Source: Gracilinanus agilis (Eukaryota). From it: a stretch of 64,000 nucleotides of DNA. Of this stretch, positions 50,941-64,000 are shown one piece after another. Position 1 is the stretch's first letter, and each line of letters begins with the position of its first letter. Made by a program: the position numbers and the translations under genes. The notes under the pieces are model-generated. The model saw only the letters and a program-made list of their open reading frames with translations, ran no database searches and was not told the origin of the DNA. The DNA lies in contig NC_058130.1 in assembly GCF_016433145.1 (NCBI RefSeq), positions 142,131,073-142,195,072 on the forward strand. Reading direction: 5' to 3'.

Positions 50941-52683
50941 CTGTCAGAGACAGTAGCCTGACCACAGCCTGTGGGGGAAAAGGCAAGAGACATGAATGAA
51001 AGGGGGCTATCGCTTTCTACCATCTTAACAAAGGTCCAGAAGAGGGGTGTTGGCCGCAACCCTGGACACAAGGTCTAAGGAGCAGATATGGAAGCTTGAG
51101 GGGCCCATGCTCCAGTGACCAAAAATACAGTCAAGTGTGTTAATTAGGCAAGATCACAAGCACATTTAAGTATTTGAACAATTTATACCTGACCTAACCC
51201 TTCCTTTGTAATTGTGTGACCTTGGGCAAGTTAATATTTTCACTTCTGATTTCTCCTTTATAAAAGGAGGGGATTGGAATAGGAGCCCTTACAGACCCTT
51301 TCCAGTTAGAGCATTCTAGGATTCAATGGCATATAGGAATCAGACTAGACCTGCGATTCATTGGTATAGGGAGCTTCCCTTCAAGTGAGAAAATTCCCAA
51401 TATACATATGCCCATATATGCAGGTTGGTTCACTCTCTGTGATTTACAGACTAAAGTTAAAAGGCTTTCTGAGGGTCACAGAGCTACCATGACTTAGTAC
51501 AACTTAAGAACCAAGGAAGGACTTAACTCTGACCTTCTTGGTTTTGAGACTGGCTCTGTATCCACCAACATGAGTTGCCTCTTTGATTCATCTTTGGTAT
51601 TTGATGAATGCTCATAGGAAGAATCTCCTCAGGGCCTAGGAAGGAAATCATCAAGGAGGAAAACAAAAAGATGAGGGTGAGAATCCAGCTCAAATTCTCC
51701 CTTCTCTGAGAAGTCCTTTCTGGTCCTGTAGATCACACTGCTCTCCTTCCTTTGAATCCCTACAAAACTTAGGCTTTGCCCACATACAATTTCACACTTA
51801 ATTATATTAGATTCACAGAATCTTAGAAGTGGTGAGATATTAGAAATCATCTAGTCCAACTTACCATTTCATAGTAGAAACTTTTCTATTATCTCAGTGA
51901 TGGGTCATTCAATCTTTGAATGAATGCTCCCAATGACAGGAAACTCATGATCTCCCAAGTCAACCTCTTCCATTTTTAAGTCATCTCTAGCTGTTAGGGA
52001 GTTATTCCATATATCAGCATAACATTTTACTCACTATAACTTCCCCTACTCTAGTTTGGATTCAGTTCTGACCTGTGGATACACAGAAAAGAGGAAATCA
52101 ATCTCCTTCCCCTGACAGTCCTTTAGAAATATGAAATCAGGTACTTTGTCCCTCCTAATTCTTCTCTAAGATTCCCAATTTTCTTACGTGCATATCATAT
52201 GACATGGTTTCAAGTCCCATCTCTATTATGGTTACCCTATGCAGGACATGTGCCAATTTATTGCTGACTTTCCTAAACTATGGCACAAAGCACTAAACTC
52301 AACAATCCATAGCATCCAGGCCTGACTTGCTCAGAATATAGTAAGATTCTAAAACCTGATTTTCCCTTTATGATGTTTTAGGTACAGACATAAAAATAAG
52401 TCGTCTCGTTCTTTATCTTCAGACTGAGAGCCATGCCTCCTCTGTTGGTCTCAGCCACTCAGGTCTTTAAATAAAAAGTCCCAAATCATCTCCATGATAC
52501 ACAAATCAAATTTCCTGTAAGTGGGCAGGGAGGAGTCAGTCAATGCTATTCTAATAGCCTCTTGACAGTGAAAGCCTCAAAGATCTATTTTACCTTTGAA
52601 GGAAGACAGTGCTCTTGGGGCTGCTGGTAGACTCTGAGAAGAAAGAGAAGGAAGGGGAGGAGGAGAGAGAAAGAAAAGAGAAA

Positions 52684-53790
52684 AAAACCTTTTTAGTTTA
52701 ATGCAATCAAAATTAGAAGGGAAGCAACAAATTGGGAAAAAATCTTTATAACAAAGGTCTAATTACTCAAGTTTATAAGGAGCTAAATCAATTGTACAAA
52801 AAAAGCAAGCCATTCTCCAATTGATAAATGGGCAAGGGACATGAATAGGCAATTTTCAGATAAAGAAATCAAAATTATCAATAAACAAATGAAAAAGTGT
52901 TCTAAATCTCTTATAATTAGAGAAATGCAAATCAAAACAACTCTGAGGTACCACCTCACACCTAGCAGATTGGCTAACATGACAGCAAAGGAAAGTAATA
53001 AACGTTGGAGGGGATGTAGCAAAATTGGGACATTAATGCATTGCTGGTGGAGTTGTGAATTGATCCAACCATTCTGGATGGCTATTTGGAACTATGCCTA
53101 AAGGGCTTTAAAAGACTGCCTGCCTTTTGATCCAGCCATACCACTGCTGTGTTTGTACCCCAAGGAGATAATAAGGAAAAAGTCTTGTACCAAAATATTT
53201 ATAGCCACACTCTTTGTGGTGGCAAAAAATTGGAAAATTAGGGGATGCCCTTCCATTGGGGAATCGCTGAACAAATTATGGTATGTTGGTGATGGAATAC
53301 TATTGTGCTCAAAGGAATAATGAACTGGAGGAATTCCATGTGAACTGGAAGGACTTCCAGGAATTGATGCAGAGTGAAAGGAGCAGAACCAGGAGAACAT
53401 TATACACAGAGTGTGATACGTTGTGGCACAATGGAATGAAATGGATTTCTATACTAGCAGCAATGTAAGGATCCAGAACAAGGATGTGGGACTTATGAGA
53501 AAGAACATTATCCACATTCAGAGGAAGAACTGTGGGAGCAGAAACACAGAAGAAAAACAACTGCTTGATGACATGGTTTGATAGAGATATGATTGGGGAT
53601 GTAGACTCTAAATGATCACTCTATTACACATATTAATAATATGGAATTAGGTCTTGATCGATGATACATGTAAAACTCAGTGGAATTGCTCATTGGCTAC
53701 GGGAGTGGGGAGGAAGGAGGGTAGGGAAAGAATATGAATCATGTAACCATGGAAAAATATTCCAAATCAATTAATTAAATAAAAGCTTCC
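52684..53790 (+). mobile_element. 5'-truncated L1 with a short 5' inversion
   Basis: ORF 52841-53101 is the L1 ORF2 C-terminus (CWRGC..GTLMHCWW); 3' UTR and A-tail end near 53790; the first 28 nt are antisense L1 sequence. Confidence 0.9.
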
Positions 53791-55410
53791 AAATTTAAAA
53801 AAAGAGAAAAAGATGAGATGTGGTGTAGAGGAAACTCTTGGGAAGATTCCTGGACTTAAACCAGTGTCTGAATCCCAGTTCTGATTCCCAATTAGCTATT
53901 TAAGCTTGGGTAAATTACTTCATCTCTCTAAGCCTCAGTTTCTTCATCTGCTAAAAAAGGGATAATGATTGAATTCATTTTATAATGTTTACTAATTATC
54001 CACTATCTATAGAGCACTGTGCCTTAAGTGCAGGGGGAAATATAAAGTTTTCATAAAACATGATTCTTGCTTCCATAAAGTTTGTAGTTTATTAGGGGTA
54101 TATGACAATACAATAACAACTATACTACTAAGATACATGTGATAAGTTCCCTAACCCGATGCAGATTCAAGAGTGGCATCTGGTTCTTATTCACTCAGGG
54201 GTTTGGAGAAAGATACGTAATAGAAGAAAAACATATGACTTATCACTTGTTTACATGAGTACATGATTTCGGTTTTGGTTTCAAAAGATTGCTCTGTTGC
54301 AAAAATGAATAATATGGAAATAAATATCAATTGATAACATTTGCATAACCCAGTGGAATTGCTTTTTGGCTGTGGGGGTGGGGAGCAGAGGGAAAAGGAG
54401 AGGGAAAGAAAATGAATCATGGAATCATGGAAAAAACTTTTTTTTCAATTTTTTAAATTAAAAAAAGGAAAGATACATGACTCATGGCATTCAAATTGAA
54501 CTTTAAAAGGTGGATAGGAATTTGAAGCTACAGATGGTGGAGAGGGTACAGGGAAACAGTATGAGTAAAGGCAAAGAAGAAATTGTGAGGGGATATTTAT
54601 GGGGAAACCTCTCTTGGATCATTGACTTGTTGTAGCAGAAGGGCTATGAGCTATGTCATGCAGGGCTATCCAAGATGGACAGGTCATTAGTGGAGAGTTC
54701 TGCTAAAGGTGATGCATTGCTGGAGAAGGAAAGAACAAACCACTCCAACATCTTTGCCAAGAAAACCTCATGGACAGTATGCTTCACGGGATCACAAAAA
54801 GTGTCATGACTGAATGACTGAACAACAACGTTCATGGGCAATGAAAAATATCCTAGTTTGGTTGGAGCCTGGAACACGTGTGAGAAAAGGTTCAAAAGGT
54901 AGGATGGTGTCAGATGGTGGAGGGCGTTTAATGCCAGGCTCAAGTTTGGACTTGACTCAGATGGCAATAGAAAACTGTTGGAGAGTTATGAACTGAGGAG
55001 TGACATGGCCAGATCTATGAACTAGAAGAAAGATCAGACATTAGTGTGAAGGACAGGTTGCCCTACAAGTGAAATAATGAAAATAAAATGCTATTTAATA
55101 AATTTATTTTTATTTATATTTATATATTTACTTATATACTTGTATCTCATATATTATGACATTTACATTTAAAAATAAAGTTAAGTTGTGTTTATATATA
55201 TATTTATGGATATTTAAATATGAGTTATATAAATTCTTTTGCAATTGGACTGATACTAATAGAAACAATGGTTATAATAATTCCTGGCATTTGGAGCACT
55301 TACATTTTCAAAGTGTTTTCACAGATTTAGAAGCAATGATTTTGGGCAAATCACTTAGCCTTCCTAAGTCTCAGTTCCTTCGATTGTAAAATGAGCATAT
55401 TAGACTAGCC

Positions 55411-55622
55411 CAGTGATGGGCAAACTTTTAAAGAGGGGGCCAAAGGAAAGGAAATGTTCTTCTGTCAGTCTGTTTCTAAGGCAACTCTTTCAAAGTTTCA
55501 TTGTATTGTATCCTACTCATTGTATTCGTCAGATTAGGAATAATGTCGTGTGGCGGGATAGAACATTTCAGCCTTCCCCCCACCACAATCTGGCCTGCCA
55601 AGCTGTAGTTTGCCCATCACTG
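55411..55622. mobile_element. hAT-superfamily MITE, copy 2
   Basis: TIRs CAGTGATGGGCAAAC / GTTTGCCCATCACTG; 8-bp flanks gactagcc / gactagac (7/8 match). Confidence 0.9.
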
Positions 55623-58600
55623 GACTAGACAATTGTCAAATTCTCTTCTGGCTATAGCAGTCTATGTTTAAGGTTCCTTCCAGTTTTAGCCTTCTTTGTT
55701 TTAATGTCCCTTCTAGCTCTGATGTAAGGATTCTGTTTTATATGTACTGTATTGGGCAAGAAGATCTCAGACTCCCTGGCACAGGGGCACCAGGCCAGAG
55801 CTTGCTTAGTCCCGTGTTCCTTTCTTTACTGAGAACAAATGAGAAGCCGAAAAGCACATGTTTTTCTAGCTAAGTATGGACCATTCACTCTAGGGTTACC
55901 GCTGATGTATTGGGTATTTGTCCTTTACTTTGTGCCTCAAGTTTCCTTATCTTAAAAATGAGAAGAACATTGGTTCTTGTCTATCTTAGATAGTTGCAAG
56001 ATGTCTGAGTGGAAGGAGGACTAAGCTTCAAATTAGGAGATCTAGATTCTGGTCCTGGAGTCATCATTTACTATCTGAGTAGTCTTGAAAAAGCCATCTC
56101 TCCACTCTGAGCTCCAAAGAGGGAAATAGAAGAAATGATCTTTAAGTTCCATTCTTATTCAAATAACCTATGTATTTTTGATCCTCTGACTGTAGAGACC
56201 ACTGTGGACTATAGTGCTAAGGGAGAAGTTTATGGAGGAAATGGGGAGGTTTTTTAATTGGGTAGAATAGGACAAGTAGGATCAGGAGAGTAAGAGAATG
56301 AAGGCTACCAGCCTAGTCCCAAATGTTTTAAGCAGGACAAGTCCTTAAAAAGTTTAGGAAATAGATCAAGTTTTTCACTCCACACTTATCTGGTTGTGCT
56401 TTTGGAAGACAATAACCCCCTATTGTCAGCTCCCTTACCCCAACTGTCTGATGCTCTCTGATGTCACCTGTCTATCATTGAGCCTAATCAATGTTCTGTC
56501 CTCTCAGCTTCTATTTCATGGCAACTTACTTGCCCAGTGACATTCAATCGTTGAACAAAAGAATGTTAAAGCTGAAAAGATGATGAGATAAATTCCACAT
56601 GATAGGTAATTCCCCTTTTTCAGAAAAGGAAAATGAGACTGTTAAGCTGGTTAGGACCACAGAGCTATTTAATTTCTAGAGCTAGGACTCGAGTCTAGGG
56701 CTCTATAGAACTGGTAAATTCTTGAGTTGCCTTCATAACAGTTTCATTAAAACTTCAAAAGTTGTGGTCTCAGACACTTCTTAGTGTGTGACCCTGGGCA
56801 AGTCACTTAGCCCTGATTTCCTAGCCCTTGTCTCTCTTCTGCCTTAGAACTGATTCTGAGACAGGTAAGGATTAAAAAAAAAAGCACAAAACTTCAGAAG
56901 GTGGAGGAAGCCATGACAGGACTACCCTTTTGGATGTGATTCTGATCAAGGATGAACTGGCTTCTGAGGCAGACACGTTGGAAGGAGTGACCATTTTATC
57001 TCAGAGTTTGTGACATGAAAAAAATCCAGAGATATTAATAATTATAATAATAATTATTATCATTTATATTACACTTTAAGGTTTGCAAAATACTTTGCTA
57101 TATAATTTCATTTGATCCTCACAACAACCCTGTGAGTTAGAGCTATTATTATCCCCATTTGGATGAAAAGTCTTGGAGAATGGGAGAGGTATCACAGCAC
57201 TAGAGAATGTCAAGTATTATCCACATTTTTAATAAAAACAAGATGATAGGGTTTTCAAGTGATAGGCTATCCTTGCAAAGTGGAAAAGTGTGGGCTAGAT
57301 CAGTAGTTCCCAACTGATGGGCCAAAGATCTTTTGGATGTGATGAAGAGGATGTAAAACTATTGACTGAGTTTCAAAAAGTCATCTGCCCACCAAGATTT
57401 ATCATTTTACCTCTATTTAGCCACAACAGAATATGCTGCTTAAAGTACAACACTTACACTTTAATTGTGAGCTCATAAAAGTGGATATTCCTTCCATCAG
57501 TATAAATGGCGATCCAATCATGCTATTGCATTCTGTGCTTTTGGTTTTCCATAACCTCTCCAGAGGGGTCAACCCTACGAATTGGAGGTCTTCCGTTAGG
57601 TCTTGTTATATTTAACAGCTACCAGTAGAAGGCTCAGGCTATTCTATACTTAGGTTGAAAAAAATCAGTTCCATTCTTTCTCCCTTTAAATCTCTCTTTC
57701 ATGCTGATGCCAGAAGGCTCTTCCTTTGGCACAGATCTGGTCATGACACTCTATTACCTCTTGAATAAAGTTCAGACTCATTTGCCATTCATTCAAAGTC
57801 CTCCACAATCATATGCTACCCTACCATTCCAATCTTATCTTATGTTACTCCTCTCCATGTGCTCTAGGCTCCAGCCGAACTGTTTTATTTGCTCTTTGTT
57901 CCTGAACTCACCAGGAAGTCTCCAGTCTCTGAGCCTCTGTCCACATCATTCTGTGTCTAGAATGAACCTCCCTCCCTCTCCATCCCTATAGCACAGATCA
58001 GAACATTGCATGACTGAGATGTGGAGAGAAGTGTTAGTGCTGGTAGCTGACCAGGAACTTTTTCTCCCTGTCTATGACTAGGAATGTTGATAATCTGCCT
58101 GAATTCCTTCCTCAGTGATTAACAAACTTTCACCGAATCAAAACCCTTTCTGTCTCAGTGATTCTGAATCCCCCATCCTCAAAAGAAAAACCCTTACTTG
58201 ACCCATTTCCATTGGCAAACATTCCGTCTCTATTCTTTTTTCTTTTGTGGCTAACCTCCTTGAGAAGGCTTTTTACAATATAAGTGCTTCTGTTTCTTTT
58301 CCTTTCTTCTTTCTCTCTTCACTCTACAGCCTGGCTTCTGAACTCATCATTCAACAGAAACTGATCTCTCCAAAGTTACCAATGATTTCTTAATTGCAAA
58401 ATTGGACAGCTTTTTCTCAATTATCAGCCTCTCTGCAGCCTTCCACATTATCAACTACCTAATTTCACCTTGACATTCCCTTTTTCTTTAGGTTTTCCTG
58501 ATACTGCTCTCTCCTGGTTCTCCTCCTACCTATTTGACTACTCCTGCTAAGTGTCCTTTCATGAATTTTTATCCAAGTCACTCCTGCCAATGATGGCTGT

Positions 58601-61039
58601 CCCCCAAGGCTCTGTCCCTGACCCTTGTCTCTTCTCCCTCTATACTGTTGTGCTTGGTGATCTCTTCAGCTTCCATGCATTCAGTTACCATCTCTATGCT
58701 GATAGTTTTCAAATTGACTTTTCCTGACCTTCCTCTTTCCTTACTTCCAGATTTGCATCTCCAAATTTCTATATCTCAAACTCATCATTTCCCAAACTGA
58801 ACTCATTATGTTTCCCTTTGTATTTCTTTCCCCTTCAAACTTCCATATTAGTGTTGAGAATGCCTCTGTCTTCTCAGTTACCCATGCTAGTGTATAAATG
58901 AAGATTTTGAACTTTGGATTTCATCCCTCAGAAGTCCCTTAGTATATCCCAAAATTCCCTTTAATCTCTCCTGTGCCTCCACATTTGAATGGTCTTTTTT
59001 TAATAAGTTCTATAGCTCCTCCCTCTCTCTTCTTCATGAGCTCAGCTGAAGTTAGTTTAGCACCTTTTCATTCTAGTTTTTTGTTAGTTTATTATTAATA
59101 AAACTTTATAAAATATAATACTTAGTTATTGAATATTAATTTTCATCTTTACACTAGCCAGCTAGGTATCATCCTTGATTCCTTATTGTCTTGTAACCCC
59201 TCTAATTTGTTGCTGAGGCCAGTTGACTTTATCTTCATTCTCTTGTCGATGTGGAATCTAGAGACCCCAAACTTGTGGCCTGGTGGGATCTGATGAACTC
59301 CAAGTTTTAGTACTAGCTTGTAAGTTGGAGACCCCAAAGCTACACTACCTTCCCTTCTCTAACACTGCCACCACTCTACTGCAAGTCCTCATCTCCACAT
59401 CTAGATGGACCTTCTTTCCAGTCTTCTTGCAACTTACCCAATGCACTCTGAAATCCAGTAATACTGACCTCCTTGCTGTTTCTCACACAAAACATTCTGT
59501 CTTCTAATTCTGGGCATTTTTTACTGTCTGCTCTTCCATACCTGAATCCCTCCCCATCCTCATCTCCACCTCCTGACTTCCCTACTTTCCTTTAAGTCTT
59601 AGCTAAAATCCTTGCTACAAGAAGCCTTTCCTGATCCCCATTAATTCTAGTAACTTCCCTCTGTTGATTATCTTCAATTTATTCAGTGTAGATCTGGTTT
59701 GCCGAGGGTCACACAGTAAGTAGGTGTCTGAGGCCAGATTTGAACTCAGGTTTTCCTGACTCCAAGTCTGATGCTCTATCCACTGTGCCACCTAGCTGTC
59801 CTGCTGAATTCTTACCCATCCTCCAAATCTGGTTCAAATGACATTTCTTTTATAATCTTTTCTGATGCTCTGATCAGTAATGACTTTCTCTCTCAGACTC
59901 AACATAATATTTTGGTAACTCCCTTAGGGCACTTAATATATAGTGTTGTACATTTTAGTGTTTTTATCATATCTCTCAACTAAACAAAACTTCAAGAGGG
60001 CAGGGACTATTTTAACTAAACTTTTTATCTCCCCTAGTGGCTAACATAGTGTTTTGACAAAAAAAAAAAAAAAAAAAAAGCTTTTAATTTGAATAAATGA
60101 GTGATAGAATCAATGAAAGAAGAAAGGAAGGAAAGAATGGCATGATAACTCATCTGAAAGATATGGTTATTTTAGTGAACTGTGAACTCAATGTAATTCA
60201 ATAAGCATGAATTTATTAATAACCTATCATGTGTAAGGCACCGCGCTAGATTCTAAGGATATCAAGAAAAGGGAGGGGGCAGCTGGGTAGCACAGTGGAT
60301 TGAGAGCCAGACCTAGAGACAGGAGGTCCTAGGTTCAAATGTGGCCTCAGTCACTTCCCAGCTGTGTGACCCTGGGCAAGTCACTTGACCCCCATTGCCT
60401 ACCCTTACCACTCTTCTGCCTTGAAGGCAATACACAGTATTGACTCTAAGATGGAAGGTAAGGGTTTTAAAAAAAAAGAAAAAGAAAAGGGAAAAATCAT
60501 CTCTGCTTTCAATATTACATTGTACTGTCTGTCTATCTATCTAATAAGAAAAGAGAGAGAACCAATGAACAAGAAGATCAGGAAAGGCTTTCTTTCTATA
60601 GCACATGAGATGGGCTTTGAAACTAGGGATTCCAAGGGGTTAAAAAGGAGAAGAAAGTCCAGACTATGTCAGTGTCAGCTTGTCAAAAGGGACTATATCA
60701 TTATCACTTGTTGGCAGTGTCAGGCTGAGCAAAGGCATAGAGAGATGAAAAGTAAAGTTTAAGAAATAGCAAGTAGCTTAGTTTGGCTGAAATGTTGAGA
60801 GTGTGAAAGGTAATGAGGTGAAATAAGCCTGGAAAAGTGAGCTGAAGCCAGATTGGGAAGGACTTCTTTCTTTTTTTTTTTTTAAACTCTTATTTTCTGT
60901 CTTAGTAACAACTCAAATCAGAAGGGCAAAGGCTAGTAAACAGGAGTTAAGTGACTTGCCCAAAGTTGCACATCTAGGAAGTATATGAGATTAGATTTGA
61001 ACCCAGATATTCCTGTTTCAGGTCAGGAACTCTATACAC

Positions 61040-61221
61040 CAGTGGTTCCCAAACTTTTTTGGCCTTTCCAGAAAAAAATTACTTAGTGCCCCTGGAAATT
61101 AATTTTTAAAAAATTTTAATAGCAATTAATAGGAAAGATAAATGCACCTGTGGCCATCACCACCCTACTGGATCGCTGCAGCACCCACCAGGGAGTGGTG
61201 GCACCCACTTTGGGAATCACT
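61040..61221. mobile_element. hAT (Charlie-like) MITE of a second family, nested in a SINE
   Basis: TIRs CAGTGGTTCCCAAA / TTTGGGAATCACT; flanks ctatacac / ttatacac; it splits a SINE whose two halves rejoin across it. Confidence 0.8.
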
Positions 61222-63479
61222 TATACACTGAGCCACCTAGCTGCCCCTTAATATAAATTTATTTATTTTGTTGTTCATTCATTTCAGTTGTGACTAACTC
61301 TTTGTGACCCCTTTTGGAGTTTTCTTGGCAAGGATATTGCAGTGGTTTATTATTTTCTTCTCCAGCTCATTTTACTTTCTGACTGTGTATTGGCTCTCAA
61401 GCAGAAGAGCAGTAAGGACTGGGCAATGGGGGTTAAGTGATTTGCCCCGAGTCACACAGCTAGTAAATTTCTGAGACTGGATTTGAACTCAGAAAGATGA
61501 GTCTTTCTGACTCCAGGTCTGGTGCTCAATCCACTATGCCAACTAGCTGCCCCGGAGAAAGAACTTTAAATGCCAAGCTAAGAAGTTTGTATTTTATCTT
61601 ATAGGGAATGGAGAGCCATTAAAGATTCTTGAGTGGGGTTGGGAGAGAGAGAATGATAGTTAGATTTTTTTTAAGTTCTGTAATATTTTTTCTCAATTAT
61701 ATAAAACAAATTTTAACATTTGTTTTCTAATATTTTGAGTTCCAAATTTTCTCCTTCCTTCATTACCTCCCTCCCTGAGATGATAAGCAATTTGATATAG
61801 GTTACACATGTAACCTAACATGTATGATCATGTTATGGAAGAAGACACATAGCAAAAAAAAATCCATGAAGAAAATGAAGTGAAAAATAGCATGATTTGA
61901 TTTGCATTGATTCCATCAGTTCTTTCTCTGGAGGTGGATAGCATTTTTTATCATGAGACCTTTGGAACTCTCTTGGATCATTTTATTCCTGAGAACTTCT
62001 AAGTTATGTATAGTTTATCATTGTACCATTTTGCTGTGACTGTACAATGTTTTCCTGGCTCTGCTCCCTTCACTTTGCAGCAGTTCATATAAGTTTTCCT
62101 AGGTTATTCTGAAGCCATCCTCCATTCTCATATTTCCAAGGTTAAAGTTGATCATAATTCCACAGCTTTCAGTTTTTATTTTTTGTGGTTCTTTCCATTT
62201 ACATTGTTATAGTCTTTGTTACCTAGTTCTGCTCATTTCATATCAGTTTTTATGTCTCCCCATGCTCTGTGCATCCTTCAGAATCATCATTTCTTACATG
62301 ACAGAAATACTCTATTGTATTCATTTTCATAGCACAATAGCATTCCATCACTATCATATTACCACAACTTGCTTAGCCATTTCCCAATTAATGGAAATCC
62401 CCTCAATTTCCAATTCTTTGCCACCACAAAAAGAGTTGCTATATAAACATATCTGTTGTGTAAATAGTTCCTTTTTCCTTTTCTTGATCTAGATTTTTAT
62501 TTTTGAAAGGTCATTTTGACAGTTTTATGGAGGGAGGACACACTGGAAAGGGAGAAATGAGAACCAAAACATGAATTAGGAGGCTATTGTAATAGTCTAG
62601 GTGAGAGACGATGAGAACCTTGAATTAGAATTGTGGAAAAGGAAAAGGAAAGATGAGGACATACAAAGAGTTCAGGATGACCCTGAAGTTGAAAAACTGG
62701 GTGACTAGAAGGATGATGGTTTCCTTTTCAAAGACAGGAAAACTAGGAGGAAGGATAGTTTAGGGAGAAGATAATGAATCCCATATCTTTGAAACATATA
62801 AGGAGAGTTAACTAAAAGGCAAGTTAGTGACTTTAGACTAGAACTAAGGGAAGATTAGAGCTGAACACAAAGATACATTAGTCATCTACAAAGAGATGAT
62901 AACTGAATTGATAAGAACTGATGAGGTGACAAAGAGAGATAAGAGATCTCAGGGCAGAGCTTTGAAAGACACCTTTAGGATCAAATGGAAGGACATATTA
63001 GTTTTTCTCCTATGGATGCTTGAAGAAACAGAATTGGACTGGTACAAGGGAAGTTGTCTTAATCTAATATTTTTCAAAGGGGTTTACCATGGATGGAAGA
63101 TGAGATTATAAGTGGGGTGAGTAAAGTATATTTTCTGCCTGAATTGTTGGAATAAAAGTTTTTTTTAATATTACTTAAAAAATTAAAAAAAAAAAAAAGG
63201 AAGGACATAGGTGATGGTCCAGTAATGGAGACTGAAAGAGACCAGTAAGATCAACAAGAGGATAAATAAGAAAGAACTTTGTCATGAAAACCAAGAGAGG
63301 ACAGAAGTATCTGGCCCAATGGATAAGTATCCGCCTCCAACTATATGAATAGACATTTTAAATGTTGCATTAAGGCAAAGAAAGATGAGGACTGGAAAGA
63401 TGAGGACAAAGAAAGAAGAGGTCATTGGATTATAAAATTAAGGAATTGCCAGGAATAAAAAAGAAAGCATTTAGAGACA

Positions 63480-63900
63480 GTTAAATGATGAGATCTAATT
63501 AAATGATGAGATCTAAAGCCAGAATGTGAAGGGTTCATCACTGACTGGGGAAAGAGGTGGAACAGGTGAATTAAATGGCATGACAGCCCTAAAGCTAATA
63601 TGATCTTAGGCTGTTCTCATGAAGGAATAGTATTTTAAACAATAGAGACAATGAATGTGCAGTATTTGGCCACAGTCATACCACAGTTAGAATATTTATT
63701 CCTGGGAACCACATTTTAGGAAGGATGTTGACAAACTGGAATATGTTCAAAGGAAGGCAACTAGGTTGTTAGTAGGATTGGTGATGGTGTTATATGTGGA
63801 AGGGACAGAGGATGGTGGAAGTTTAGGGAGTTACCATGGAAGATGCTACTCATGGAGATTTCTTTAATAACCTTCAATTTTCTAGGCATTAGGGGTCCTT
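63480..63900 (+). mobile_element. L3/CR1 LINE 3' region
   Basis: CR1-typical text: aaagctaatatgatcttaggctg, cacattttaggaaggatgttgacaaactggaa. Confidence 0.7.
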
Positions 63901-64000
63901 TAGAATCACTTGCTACAGGCAATAGTTTTCTAACTTTCTAACTGCTGAGAAACACATTTCTATGGGGATTTATCCCAAGTGGAAAATATAATAACAGATA

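Noticed and set aside
9757-50956. Plus-strand ORFs overlapping globin exons (9757-10077, 18858-19304, 36668-36961, 38024-38458, 49636-49926, 50699-50956)
   Set aside because: Antisense shadows of GC-rich coding exons, with no independent homology or gene signals.
55940-56480. Several GATA motifs, including the palindromic ctatcttagatag, about 5 kb upstream of zeta-1 as a possible distal enhancer
   Set aside because: Partly within MIR-like sequence, near the density expected by chance, and with no adjacent NF-E2 site; it needs chromatin data.
63481-63516. 18-bp direct repeat ttaaatgatgagatctaa
   Set aside because: A simple slippage-type duplication at an old LINE boundary; two units only, not an array.

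Overview
Eukaryotic, not microbial: this is a marsupial alpha-globin cluster. The organism is most likely Monodelphis domestica or a close didelphid, inferred from SINE1_Mdo/MAR1-type SINEs and the omega-globin gene. The last two coding exons of LUC7L lie on the + strand at the left end. Converging on it from the - strand are four intact three-exon globin genes, 5'->3': zeta-1 (49123-50757), zeta-2 (36104-38325), theta (18798-19769) and the beta-like omega (9016-10215). All four have GT-AG introns in canonical positions, open frames and AATAAA signals. Between zeta-2 and theta I found no intact adult alphaA or alphaD gene. Instead there are two orphan, degenerate exon-3 fossils: alphaD/mu-like at 33177-33306 and alpha/theta-like at 23412-23537 with its poly(A) signal. 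The rest is dense with retroelements (L1, L2, L3/CR1, RTE, SINEs, a probable solo LTR) and three hAT MITEs. There are also several short segments copied from nearby DNA. All calls were made by eye with no database searches, and repeat boundaries are approximate. I found no evidence of a wholly new biological system. The best leads are the missing adult alpha gene and the two fossil exons.
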